Assembly: GCA_020891255.1 (NCBI GenBank)
Contig: BQFW01000008.1
Coordinates: forward strand, 2,914,001 to 2,978,000
Source: Entomortierella parvispora E1425
Taxonomy: Eukaryota > Fungi > Mortierellomycota
Length of the DNA: 64,000 bases
Direction: 5' to 3'
Positions 36,269 through 48,838 of this stretch are shown piece by piece. The position numbers and the translations under genes are program-made. The notes under the pieces were generated by a model. That model was not told where the DNA came from. It saw only the letters and a list, made by a program, of their open reading frames with translations, and did not search any database. Positions within the stretch are counted from its first letter, which is position 1; every line of letters begins with the position of its first letter.

Positions 36269-38416
36269 ATGAAAGTGCTGTGGTACAATGGCGGCATGGT
36301 GGTGGATCCTAGATGACCGGTGGTTGTGAAAGAAATACGTTGGGTCGATATCTGAAAATAAATATTAGGCCCGTCGGGTCTAGTTCATCCATTGCATCTT
36401 GTCGCTCGGTCTCTGAATTCTTAGCCCAGCCATTACCACGAAAAACATGCATGGAATCAATATCATAGGATGGCCTTCTGAGTCGACTTTGCTCGATATA
36501 TTAGATGGGAGATACCATGCAGATGTTTGATTGACGAATCCATGGTCCTCTAACTATTGGATATACATAATAGATATGGATCAATAAATCTTTCTTCCTG
36601 TTATTCCACAATCTTTATCCACCACCTACCTTGACCTCCAGCAGCACCGGGCGGATCGTAATAGACTTGCAAAGCTGCCAGTTAGGTCGAATCTCCCAAC
36701 TGATTGGGGGTAGTAGATCGCCTCTTGTTCTAAACACGTTGAGAGCATGTGTACCTTCCAGCCATGTACAAGGATCCCAATTACTATGGACTCAGCGTAT
36801 CCCTGCTGTAATTGGAGAGACCTATCTTCATCATATTGAGAAGCATGATATGACCCGTGTCATCTTCCGGTGATACTGCGAGCTAAGGTTCCTTTAGCAA
36901 AAATCTATGAGGTTGCTGTTGCACATTTGTTTTGCCCTAGAAATCCGACGTTGTGGATCCATCGGATATCAAAAAATTTCTTCTCCAGAGAAAGCTGGAA
37001 GTTGGAGGATCTACTTTTCTGCTGACCCTGATGCCTTTCATTGCAAAGGAAATAAGATGGCCTACCTTTTTTTTTCTAGTTGTCCTCGATTTCAGGTTTC
37101 CTGTTATGTTGTTTCCATGCATGGTCGACTGCACTGGATCTACGGTTTCAGTGGAAAGTCGCTTGCCCCTGCCATCTATTTCGCAGTGGAATAGCCATGG
37201 ATGTAATTGGGGAGTTGCCATCATCGTCCTATGAGAGCTCGAGCTCGTAGTTGCAGCTTAGGCTGACAAGCGGCCACGTCCACGCCTATATTTGAAGACT
37301 AAAGGTTTGAAAGCTGTCAATTGAAGATGCCTCCATCGAAACGCTGGTTTTTACTGCTGTTTGGGTGAAGGTCACAACTGCAGTCGCCCGATGGAAGTGG
37401 CGCAAGTTGTCTGAGCATCCTATATGAGCCGATCAGACGACAGGGGTCTCTAACTGATCAATCCCGACGTAGCCAAGCGTACCAATAACCTATTTCAGTG
37501 CAAGATGTGTTGCCTGTAATCCTCTCAAGCATCTTCTGTATTCGTTATAGTTGTCATCAGCCCTGCTGTCGCACTGGCTTCTAAGATAGAGGGAAGATAC
37601 ACAATATCGCAGAGGTGATCAGGGATCCGATTTTTTTTTAGTGGATTGCCTTCGCCGAGTTTGCATGCATATCCTCAAAACTTACAACAGCTCTGGTGAT
37701 GTTTTTGCGCGTTTGACCCCTCGTGGTAGTGGCTGTATTGCATGTAACCATGGTGGCCGATCCTTTTTTGCTTCTTTTCTTGGTAAGGAGGGTTTTTGCC
37801 TCCCACACAAACACGACCCTGTGGAAATGAAAGTCGCCTAACCCCTTTTGGACATAGTGGTGGCGCTGATGGATGGCGCCTCTTGATGAATCGGCGGATG
37901 GATGAACAATGAACAGACCGTTGCAGATGACCCTGGATCTGTTAGATGGGGCTGTGTTTGCGGATGACAGACAGTGCGTTCGTCATTCCTTCTTCCTTCC
38001 ATCCACTCCGAACGACAGAAGAAACGAGAGAAAGATACAGTCCGTCCGCCCTCGACCCCCCGTGGTGTCACTGCGCCGCTATCCTGTCCCTGACTGACTG
38101 ACTGAGACTGACGGACGGACGATGGACGGAGGACGTCGAACTCTATCTTTCTTTTGCTTCGCGTTGGCTCCATTGCCTCCATTCATTCGTTCCTCTTTTT
38201 CTTTTCATTCATTCATCCCCCTTGCATCCGCCCTTCCACCCTTCTTTCTCTGCAGGCAGCACTCTCCCAGCCTTCTCTCCTCTCTGGCTTAGGCACAGCT
38301 TCGAATCTTTGATCTTCCCGATTCGGTCTAGACCCGCACCAATGCCCCCATCCCCTTGCAGTTGTGGCATCCGAAAGCATTCGCACCATCACCCACTCGT
38401 TCCAAGCGCTTCTTTC

Positions 38417-40794
38417 ATGCGGAGGAGGTTTTTTCCCTCACTTCTGCCCTCCCTACTCTATCCTAAGAATAAGCACAGTCCATACTTGGGGACCCTCCTG
38501 GCTCTCTTTCTCTCTCTTGCCCCAGGACTTGTCCTTTCCCAAAACGCCTCTCTTTACAGCCCTCGGTATAGTTCTGGATCCGCTGTTGCAAACAACACTC
38601 TGTATCTTGTAGGTGGGACTATAAGTGCCGTCTGGCCCTACCAGGCTACAGGAGAGGTCCTCTCTGTCTCTCTTGAAGCCGCCTTTACTGCAGATGCTAT
38701 TCCCTGGAGAAAAAGGACTGGCACCGCAATTCCGGTCGCGGATGCGAGCGTTGCTGTCACCAAAGACCAAAGCCATCTGGTCCTTGTCGGCACAAACAGT
38801 TCCACCCTTCCATTCGCAATAGCGTACGACATCTCTCTTGACGAATGGATACTGACATCCGCAGGTACTCCGAACCCACCGCTCGGCCCTAGAGTCTCTG
38901 TCGGAATTGTCACAGATACCAACACTGGATTGCTTGCAATGTACGGCGGCCTTGATTCAAATTCAAAGTTGTCAGCCGAACTTGACCTCCTCAACCCAGC
39001 CCCAAACCCCGTAAATCCATTGCAGTGGACTTGGTCGTCCCCAACAATAGAGGCTTTGACACCCCAGCTGTTCCATCCAATGATGTTTTATCTGCCCGGC
39101 AATCAATCCGTGTTGATTCTTGGAGGCTGCGATGGATATGTCCAAAATCTTACCAGTTGTGGGCCATTATCAAAGGGATACCTCATCGAGACAATCCTTC
39201 AAGGCTCTGTTATCTCCTCAGGAACGCCAACCACTGTGAATCCCACGTCAAAAGGAGGAGCGATGCCGGTGGCCCGGCTCTTGCCCTGCAACACTTTGCT
39301 CCCAAATGGGGATATTCTTGTATATGGAGGCGTCGCCATCGACTCCTTGGCAAGTTTGAGTGACACTTGGCTCCTGAGCACAACAACCTGGACATGGACA
39401 CAGATTAATTTAAAAAATGCTCCGACCCAAGGACGTGCTGGAGGAACCTGTCAGTTGGTCGCCCCAAATGTGGTCATGGTTGTTGGAGGTAAGGCGGGCT
39501 AGCTTTTATTTGCCTAAATCCTGAATATGTGCCATCGACAGCTATCAAGAGAGAGAGACAGGTCAGGGGTAAGTCACTAGAGTCATTGACAAACACATTT
39601 GTTTCCCACGTCCTAGGGTACGATGGAGGTATCACGACCATGAAACAATTTACCGGCATTCAGATTGGCTTTATCAACACCAACACTTGGGGCTGGTCAA
39701 ACTCTTTCGATCCTCATCCACAACTCAGTGCAGGATTAAGTACTGGAGTCATCGTAGGGATATCGGCAGGCGCAACGGTGGTCATTGGCTTGATTCTTTT
39801 TCTAGGAGGGCTATTCTACTGGCGCGGAAGAAAGAGACAGCTATTCGATAAACCAAGTCGAAGCCATAACCCTCGCCATGATTCTCAATCCAACTTTCCT
39901 CTTATTCCCTCACCTTTCGAGGACGGCGGTCGGGACACTCCAGATCGGTTGAATTCTCCCTCTTCGCCGCCGAGTTTGAACTCTGGTTTTCTGAACAGCA
40001 AATCCAATCGATCATTACCTCTCATTATTATACCATTATCCACTCCATCATCTTCGACAGACAGGATTCCATTGGCACCAACACCTCAACGAGCATTCAG
40101 AGCAAGTCGACTCGCTGTCAAACAAGAAGCGGAACTTCCAGAGAGTGACCGACTGCCTCAAAATGAGGCCGACATTCAGTATGGGCACTATGTCCGGACG
40201 TTGCAACACAGCAAACAGTACGAGAAGCGACAACAAAGTCCTCTTCAACGAAATCCAACGGAATCATCAAGGCACACGACTTTTCATCACGAGGATGACC
40301 AGGGCCTTCATTATGAGCCCGACATGGCGACGGGGGTCATCAACTTGCGGGATATTGAGTTTGGCGAAGAGTTCTCAACGCCATCTCGCCCCACCTACCG
40401 ACGACAGGACTATGGGGCATCTAATATACCCGGAAATGCATCTCAGATCCATTCAATAGAGAGCTCACCCAACCATCGACGCATTCCATTCAAGGGAGAC
40501 AAGGCTGAATATGAAGAGGAAGAAGAAAATGATTATGACTATGTCCCAGGAGTTGGAGGGCCTATCACTGCACTGAAGGCGGCCAAGGAGGCAAGAGCTG
40601 CGGCTGTAGCTGCAAAAGCTGTTGGATCTGGACAACGATCATCCTTTCATAGACCTCCACTCCCCTTGGGGGTGAAGGCTGTTGGGGCACACAAAACTGA
40701 GACGAAGCACGGATACTCTGCAGTCTCAAGCACTCCCATCTTCTTGACAGAGAGCGAGGTGGTTGTGGACAATCGCAGAGTTCGTCGAGTCTGA
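38417..40794 (+). CDS. Kelch/galactose-oxidase-like beta-propeller single-pass membrane protein; join(38417..39488, 39617..40794), 749 aa
   Basis: Signal-peptide-like N-terminus. Kelch-type GG motifs (LYLVGG, AMYGG, LILGG, LVYGG, MVVGG). TM helix GVIVGISAGATVVIGLILFLGGLFYW then RGRKR and a low-complexity tail. Confidence 0.85.
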
Positions 40795-40964
40795 AAAAAA
40801 TGTACCATAATAAAAATACCCGCCTAATCTATTCCACCTTTTTTAAATTTTAAACAAAAAAAATCATAAGGCGTGGCTTGCCGCCCTGACCCATTCAAAG
40901 ACCTGATCAGCTTTTTTTTTCTTTCTTTTCCTCACACACACGACAACCCACACATACATACACC

Positions 40965-42774
40965 ATGTCGTTAGCCGACGACTTTTTGGCAGATCTCGAC
41001 TACGAGGACGCAGAGGCGATCGTCAGCACAGGCTCCGATGCTCTAGCAGGGTCGTCCTCCTCCTCCCAGAAGGGGGCGTCCTCCAATGGCATGGACATTG
41101 ACTATGGCGATTTCGATGACGAGGATGGCGAGAATGACGAAGCAGACGAGGACCTAGAGATGCCAAATGGCGACAATGATGCGGCGCTGCAATCTATGCT
41201 TCGGGATGTCCAAAAGGCCAAGAATGCACGCGACATTGCCAAACTGATGGACTCGAGCGAGATGAAAGGGATCTTGTCCGACATTGCTCATTTCCAATCC
41301 GAGGCCGAAGCCAAGGGCACCGATGTCACAGGAATGGTCGAGGACGATCCAGAGTATCAGCTGATTGTTAAGGCCAATACGATTACTGTCGCTATCGATA
41401 ACGAGATCTTGGTCGTTCATAAGGTATGGAGAAGCCTCCCCTTTGTGCCCTTGCGAGTTATGGCGCAGCGGTTTACTAATATTGTTTTGCTTTTTTGTTT
41501 TTTGTTCTCTCCTCTATACCAACTCTCTCTTTGTCATAGTTCATCAGAGATCATTATGAGCCAAAGTTCCCGGAACTGGAAACGCTGGTGGCAAACCCCA
41601 TGGACTATGCCAGGACAGTAAAGAGGATTGCGAATCAGGAAGACATCACCAAAGTAGAACTGCACGACATTTTGCCTTCGGCCACCGTCATGGTCGTGGT
41701 CGTGACAGGAACTACAACTGAGGGACGTGCCCTGACAGAGGCCGAATGGAAGTCTTGTGAGGAGGCCTGTAATCTCGCCTTTGAACTTGAGAAGGCCAAG
41801 GGAACGGTATGTTCAAACCGCCATGCTACTTTTTCAGGACCCAAAAAAAAAAAAAAAAAAGCCCTATTTCTGACCTTTTTTTTCCCCCTCCTTTTTTGAT
41901 GCCATAGATTATTGAATATGTGGAATCCAGGTTGACTTTTATTGCACCTAATCTTTCAGCCATCATTGGAACAGCAACAGCAGCAAAGTTGATGGGACAG
42001 GCAGGAGGATTGACAGGATTGAGCAAGATGCCCGCCTGTAACGTCCAGGTCTTGGGCAAGGAGAAATCTCTTAACCGAGCTCTCTCTGCCGCCACCAACG
42101 TCAGGAACGCCGGCTATATTTACTACTCGAATTTTGTCCTTAACCTGCCCTCTGAGGTCCGTATGAAGGCCCAAAAGATGATTGCCGCCAAACTCACGTT
42201 GGCCGCTCGCATCGACAGGACTCATTCTTTCCCAGATGGATCCTGGGGTCGCAAGACAAAAGAGGACCTGGAAAAGAAGATTGACAAGTTGTTGGAACCT
42301 CCACCCCAGAAAAACATCAAGGCCTTGCCTGCTCCCCTGGAAGCCGCGAAGAAGAAGCGTGGAGGACGGAGAGCTCGTAAGGAAAAGGAACTGTATGCCC
42401 AATCAGAGATGCAGAAGCTGAAGAACAGAGTCGAGTTTGGAAAGGAGGAGCAAGAAGTCATGGGCTATGGTACGACAGAGGGATTGGGTATGTTGGGACA
42501 GAACTCTTCTGGACCAGGAGCAGGCAGGATCAGGGCAGCGCAGGAGAACAACAGGAACAAGGGCAAGGTCTCCAACAGGACAGCAGCTCGTTTGGCACAA
42601 TATGGTCAAAGCTCTGGAACAGCCACGGCGGCACTGGCAGGTACCTCTTCTATTGCTTTCACGCCTGTACAGGGTATCGAGCTAGTGGACCCCACGGCTC
42701 AAGCGGCTAAGGTCAAGGCGGCAAACGAGAGGTATTTCGGAAGCGGTGGGTTCTTGAGCGCAAAGAAAAAATGA
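40965..42774 (+). CDS. PRP31: U4/U6 snRNP protein Prp31; join(40965..41423, 41540..41806, 41908..42774), 530 aa
   Basis: IDNEILVVHK|FIRDHYEPKFPELETLV, YVESRLTFIAPNLSAIIG, GLSKMPACNVQVLG, AAKLTLAARID and KKKRGGRRARKEKE. Confidence 0.96.
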
Positions 42775-43599
42775 GCGCGACCGAGCATGTATATTTCAAA
42801 TCAAAAATAAATGTGGAACTGTATCATTATCGTGCGCTCTGGACATATCGCAGTGCTGCTCTCTACCGACCGTCAATGAGGTGGCTGGGTTACCCATGGT
42901 CTTTTGCTGTACAGCGAGCTGGGTCTTTATCCCGTTCAAGCCCATATGCCTTCGACGATGGCCCTCAAAATATCAAGTGCGTCTTGGCAGAATCGTATGC
43001 AGAATCAACTAAAGCCCGCCTGTGTCTACACACAAGCGTGTCCTCACATACATATATGAAAATCCAATGCTACGCAGCTGGCAGCACTTTTAAAACAAGT
43101 TCTCCGACATACATACATTTCCAAAAAAAAAAAAAAAAAAATGGTAAGGTTGACCGTGGACCACCAGCGCTCTTCAACTTTACAAAAACATGACATTTCC
43201 GCCATGAGGACTCAACATGTCATGTTTTCAGTCAGGGAAACTCTCAGATTCCTCTCTACTCTCATTTTATTGTTTCTATGTCTGAACATCGATGAATCTC
43301 GGGTCACCTCCAACGACCTTCACTCTGGTAGTTGTGTCCTTCATTGATGGATGTCAGGCACAAAAGAGTTGGCTACATGCTTTTAGACATCTGAGCGAAG
43401 GCGCTGTGAGTTATTTGATTAGCGGCTCCGATTTCAGGATCTGACATTCGTCTTCTTGGTGATGGTGATGAGTCGACTTTGAAAGGTTGGCTTTCGTACC
43501 CTTCCTGAGCTTGTAGATTCGTGAGTTCATTCAGCTTGCTCTTGGATCGATCAGGAGTTGGGCTGAAGCTCGGCCTGAATCGGGCCATGCTGGTGCGCT

Positions 43600-44600
43600 A
43601 CGCTACAAGTTTAAGATAGCTCGACGATGCAAGGCATCACTCCGCTTGGTCGTCTCTCCGCTGGCTACATCAAAGCCCAGAATGCAGTGCAGACAGCAGA
43701 GCGTCTGCGTCAGCCACTTTCAGTCGTCGCAACTCAACTGCTGTCTGGCGTGCCTCGCATTGAGGATTTTCATCAGCTTCAATGCGCCGTGACTTCGGAC
43801 ACCGGGGCTCTCTCGGAAGAGCAACAAAGAGGCATCTTGGCCGAAGCGGTCGCAGAATGCACTCACATTCAGAACACGCTGAGAGTCTCCTAATGATGAG
43901 TCGGCGTCTTCCCTCTTTGTCCTCCTCGTTCTTGTCGTCCGTCTCGACCGAGATCGCCCACTCCCTAAGTTTCGAGCAAGCCCATGGCTCCGAGGATCGC
44001 ACGACACTTGAGGAGAGGAAAGGGATATCTACAGTGATCGACAGAAGGTGTTTACAAGAGCACAGTACGCGTCTTGACCTTGTGACTTTCGAGGCCATCG
44101 CAGTCTTCAAACCCTGTCTTGGTTAGGTTAGAAGCGCAGTTCTTCAGGATTGCTTCCTTCCTCTTCTCACTCTGGGCCACCTGGGTCAGCATCAGTTTCG
44201 GAATGCCTTGTGTGAGGGCATTAAAAGTCTTGACAAGGGCATCTTCCACAGCCATGGCGACAGAGTGTCCAGTTGGTTCAAGTCATTTCACCATTTCACG
44301 GGAGACCTTGATAAATAATCTCTCTGATCGGCTCGAAGGTTCCATGCATCCGTTCCTTTTCCTGAATCATGGCCCCAGGACAGACTCGAAGGGCTATTGA
44401 AATCTTCAAGAGGATGCACATTGTTTGCAAAGACTCCGAATCAAGGTGGTAGGCCTGCAGTTAAGTCTGCTTCGACGTGTTATAGCCGTCTTCTTGAATC
44501 GTTGTCATCAGATCCACAGAGTGGACTTGAAGATCGCTATTTGAAGAGAGGGGAATAGTCAATTATATTAGATCGAAGGCAGAAGCGTTGGTTGATACAG
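43600..44600 (-). pseudogene. Decayed paralog of the F-box/LRR-like gene at 48839-50386
   Basis: Fragments LLKISIALRV..MIQEK..MHGTFEPI, VKTFNALTQGIPKLMLTQV, DCDGLES, CSCKHLLSITVDIPFLSSSVVRSSEPWACSKLREWAISVE match 49550-50100. Several stops and frameshifts. Shares the CACCAGCATGRCCCGA motif found after the stop of the intact gene. Confidence 0.8.
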
Positions 44601-44835
44601 TAGACGGCAAACATGTACCTCTGAGAAGAGTGAGCTGATGAGACGGCGTGGAGATGCTGGGCTTGGCTGAACACCACTGTGGGGCGGCAAGGACAGGATG
44701 TCAAAGGCCGAGTATCTGACAGCCACCGCAGAGTTTCCCTTCTTCACGTCGTGGTTTAAGGCTTGTGACTCACTCCTGGTTCTTGTTACTATATCAACCT
44801 GCGACCCCTTTCGATTACTGCTGAGGTAAGTTCTG

Positions 44836-45010
44836 GTGCTTATGGGCGGCCGTCATCTCGAGACGGATTCGATCCTGGCTGCACATGAATTCTATAGAGG
44901 TCTAATGGTGAATGAAGAGGAAGAGAAAAAAAGACAATGTGTTCGGGAGCGAGAGCAAAAACTCAAAAAATGTCACGTGGCGCAGCGACGCGCCTTTTGG
45001 GGCAATGTGC
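44836..45010 (+). repeat. Dispersed non-coding module X, copy B
   Basis: GGTGCTTATGGGCGGCCGTCATCTCGAGACGGATTCG...GAGGAAGAGAA...ATGTGTTC...AAAAAATGTCACGTGG...GACGCG matches 21631-21770. Confidence 0.75.
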
Positions 45011-45541
45011 CTATTGCTCTGGACCCACACCGCTTTCCAACGCACAGGCCCTAAACGAATGTTAATGATTGTTTTGCAAATGAGTGCGAAAGATCAAGGT
45101 GGGTGAAAAGTGAGTGAAAGAGGTGGAAAAGATGAAAGGCGAAAGTGATGGAGGTAAGGCTGCTCACGCGTGTTCGTGGCAAGAGCGGAGGATCAAATGC
45201 GGTGCCCCTTTCGCGCTGTGCCTGCCTTTCTTAGTCGTCCTTTCTTTCTCCTTCCTGCCTGGACTGTCCATTGCTTGGACTCCCCGCCAAGGCATGTGCA
45301 ATTCTGTTGCCGGTTGTTTTTGATTGAGCTCAATTCACCATTTCCTCTCCCATTTTTTTCTTGAGATGAAAACTGACCCTTTCGCAGTGCACACATATTC
45401 AACCCTCCCAGAACGTGGACAGTCACTTGTGACTGCCAATCTATCCAGAAGTATAAAAGTAACGCAGCCCACCCCTTGTTTCCTCACCTTTTGACTCCTC
45501 TGCAGTGCGCTATAAAACGGGCTGGTCGCCATGCCAGTAGT

Positions 45542-45668
45542 GACTTTCCACAGAGTGCATCCTCATTGGTGAGGTGGATTTTGTGGAGAGTGTCATAATG
45601 GACGTTCATTTAGGGCCTAATCCGCCTGTTCGTTGTAACCTTGGATAAGTGTGCGCTGCGGAAGAGTC
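45542..45668 (+). ncRNA. Candidate Pol III structured small RNA, diverged copy 3 (127 nt)
   Basis: TATAAA at 45511. GACTTTCCACAG...CTGCGGAAGAGTC terminal helix. Conserved CCTCATTGGT(A)GAGG and ATTYTGTGGAGAGT. Longer third arm. T10 tract at 45672-45681, then the shared TTCAAAGCAAAATGGG. Confidence 0.58.
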
Positions 45669-46220
45669 AACTTTTTTTTTTATAAATTTACTTTCAAAGC
45701 AAAATGGGAGGTGGTGATGAGAAGACGCTACAAGGATGTCAGAGAGCAACATGTTTCACATGCACTGTGACAGGTTGATGCTTTGGAAAAGGTGTGTGGA
45801 ATTCGTACTTGATGGCAACCTCCATCGAGATTATAATAGCGCGTCGACAACACGTGATTCATCATTTCGCCTCGTCCTTTGTTTTCCCGCCTCGTCCTTT
45901 GTTTTCCCTCTTCCTCCCTCACCAGACAACATCCAAGATCAGACCGGGATCACAGCCCAGGATCGCGGTCCACAAACACCAGGATTTGCGGCAACAAGAA
46001 CCAGGAGCGAGTCGAGCCATAACATGACAGGGTGGAAGAAACTCAGGATGTGGCTGTCAAACGCTTTCAGCATCGCACCGCCTCTTCTTGAAATTTTGTG
46101 TCCGCCTTCCTTCTTTCTTTTGCATTATACAAAGTCTCTGTCTCCTCCGCTCAACACTGACAGTCCCACCCTCTTCCAACAGCCTCTCCCTTCTTCCACC
46201 TTTCATTTACGTACGTTCAG

Positions 46221-47640
46221 ATGGATCTGTTAGAGATACGCCTGGCTGTCGCGGACCATCTGGATCTCTCGGATCTTGCTACCTGTGTTCTTGTCAGTCA
46301 GGGGCGTCATCTGAAATTTACTCCAGTTCCATTCGAAGTTCTGGTCTGAGCCCGCCCAAAATCACCATATCATCAGGGAGGAATATTTTTTCGGGGCGAA
46401 TGCAAGCAGCTCTAACCTCAGTGATAACGCAGAAGATGGCACATTCGAGTGGCCCAAGCCGCCTCTAGAAACAGCATTGCTTCGGAATGGGGTTATGTTC
46501 GTGATCTGGACTCATGCCAGCCACTCTTTTTTCACTCTCGCGGTGTCGGCCAAGGCAATAAGGACTCTCAGCCTTCTAGCGCCAACAAAGGATAGTGAGG
46601 AGTGGACCTCATACTATCGAGACAAAATGGAGCAACTCTTGGCTCCGAACAATCGCCTTCGTCATCTGGAACTGCCTTGCTTCGATGGATCGGCAACCGC
46701 AGGGTACCTTGCTTTCTTCATGAAAGTATCTGCTACTGGGAGAGATTTGATGGAAGAACCAACGCAACGCTTGATGCTGTGAAACCGGTAGCCATAGTAT
46801 AGGATTGTCCTTGGCTCTCGGAAGTCTTTTGTCGTCAACTCTGTACTTGCTAGCGATGGAGACGAGGGATTTTCCTCCGAGAGAGGATCTTTGTTCCCAC
46901 GGATCGAAAGCTGGAGCTGGAACTCAACATTAGCATCAGTTAGAGACTAGAGCTGAACTAAACCGTCTGTCGCCCCTCTTCACAAGAGCCTTCATGGAAT
47001 CCAAAATAAAAGACAATGTAGTGTGACGCCACTGTCGACATTTCACCTGCAACAATGTCCAGGCTGTCTAGACTTTAGAGAACAGCGACTTGACGGCATT
47101 TCTAGGAATTGACTAAGCCTCATAGATCTCGTGCAGATGGGAAACGGATAGGAAATGGAGCGTTCGGCACCTTGAGGCATCGATTCGGGAACCAGACAAG
47201 CTTGAGCCTCATGGAGTGTCATCTGGAGAGCTAGAGATATTGGCGTATCCTCCGGTCTTGCCCCAATCTTGTTGAATATTCAGGATGTGTCTTGGAGAAG
47301 ACCGATGTCGTGGATAGCGATTGTATATCGGGCTCGGAGACTTGAGCTTGAGGTATTAATATGGTACAAGAGGATCCTTCGCGAAACGGCCGACTAGTGA
47401 AGCAACTGAGAACATCAAGTAGATTGGAGATGCTGACGATTATATCTGCACTATTTCAGCGTAACGACAGTTTTGCAAAAGCCCTGCTCGTCGAGCTGTC
47501 CAAGTCCCCGAGATTTTTCTCCTGTGGCCGATTCTGAGAGATGAGATCTGGACCAACTGATGATATGAGGTAGATGCCAAAGGTATGGCCAATCTAGAAG
47601 TCTTTATGTACGTTGATAATGGAGGCAGTCTCTGACGGTG
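46221..47640 (+). pseudogene. Decayed paralog of the F-box/LRR-like gene at 61386-62933
   Basis: MDLLEIRLAVADHLDLSDLATC..., KAIRTLSLLAPTKDSEEWTSYYRDKMEQLLAPNNRLRHLELPCFDGSAT, and further DNA matches up to ...GATGATATGAGGT(A)GATG. Many frameshifts and stops. Confidence 0.9.
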
Positions 47641-48317
47641 GCCCTGCTGGGTGCATGCCCTTTGAAAAATTCAATGATACGTTTTTATTGGGAGGGAGGT
47701 TATTAAAAGTTCTTTGGGTAAGCCATTGGCATCGAAGCATTTCCCTGAGAAGATCCTGCATGTCCATATGCCTGTCCGTGCTGTCTTGTCTTGAGTACTA
47801 ATAACTAGATAGGAGTCCTAGAGACTAAGGGCGATGGGCACCGGTTGGCTCATGATCGTCCTCAGTCCCGTGGCTTTCGCGGTCTGAGGACACTCTCTCA
47901 ACCCCACTGCTAAACAGTGGACAGTGTCGCACCATAATCTATTTCAGAAAGATTGTCCTGCTCACCCGTAAGGGCCCATCTGTGAAAGAAAAAGCTTTCG
48001 AGATGCCAATGAATTGCACATTATGAATAAACTTTCCCAAGGCGTACACCGCCCATCCATTCTTGGCTTGTGATGGTTCTCTTAATGGTCTCTGCCGATC
48101 TTAGCTAAAGTCGAAGAGAGCATCATTTTCATGGTCCAGAGCCATGGTAAAGGTACCCCTGCTCTGGCATGTCAATGTCGCGGGGTCCCAATGACCTGAC
48201 AATGCTTATATCAGTGTGGGCAAGGAGGTTTTCTTTGGCTGGATGTGCGAAAGGAATGGAGAGCACAAAAAAACAGAGCAGAAAGAGACACGTGATAACA
48301 TCAGTGCAACCCAAAAA

Positions 48318-48450
48318 GAGCGTGCCAGAGCCATGTAAATCAAAATCCTTCCCAGACGCGTCGCGAAATGGGACAGTGCGTTATTGACTTGGCCTTGACC
48401 CAAATGTCAATGATGACCAAACAGGTCAAGACGTCAATTGACGGCGATAC
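48318..48450 (+). promoter_or_regulatory. Module Y, copy B, about 480 bp upstream of the F-box/LRR-like ATG at 48839
   Basis: GACGCGTCGCGAAA at 48355-48368, then TTGACT, TTGACC, TGTCAA and GGTCAAGACGTCAATTGAC. Confidence 0.62.
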
Positions 48451-48838
48451 TTTCGTCGTTGCCGCTGTTGTGGCTTAACTTGATTGATTGATTGTCCTTG
48501 CATTCTCATTCCATCCCCATTTCACCCTCATTGCACCCTGCATCCCTCTGATTGCATTTGTTTTTGCGTCTGTCTTTCCCAACCCTGCACGTCCCTCATT
48601 GCCTCACGAATTTCGCGCCTCTTTTCAAGACCTTTTCGCCTCTCTTTGCCACTTCTCTTGGTGACATTCACGTCTCTCTTGGTGACCCTTCGCCTGTGTT
48701 TACATCTCATTGTGCTCAGTCTTTAGGACTTCTGTGGCTCTCTTCACGACCTCTACGTTCGCATTGCTGCTCTTGTGCTCCTCTACGTGACCTCTACTCT
48801 TCTGTCTGCCGCCTCTTTTGTGCAAAACTCATTTCGCC

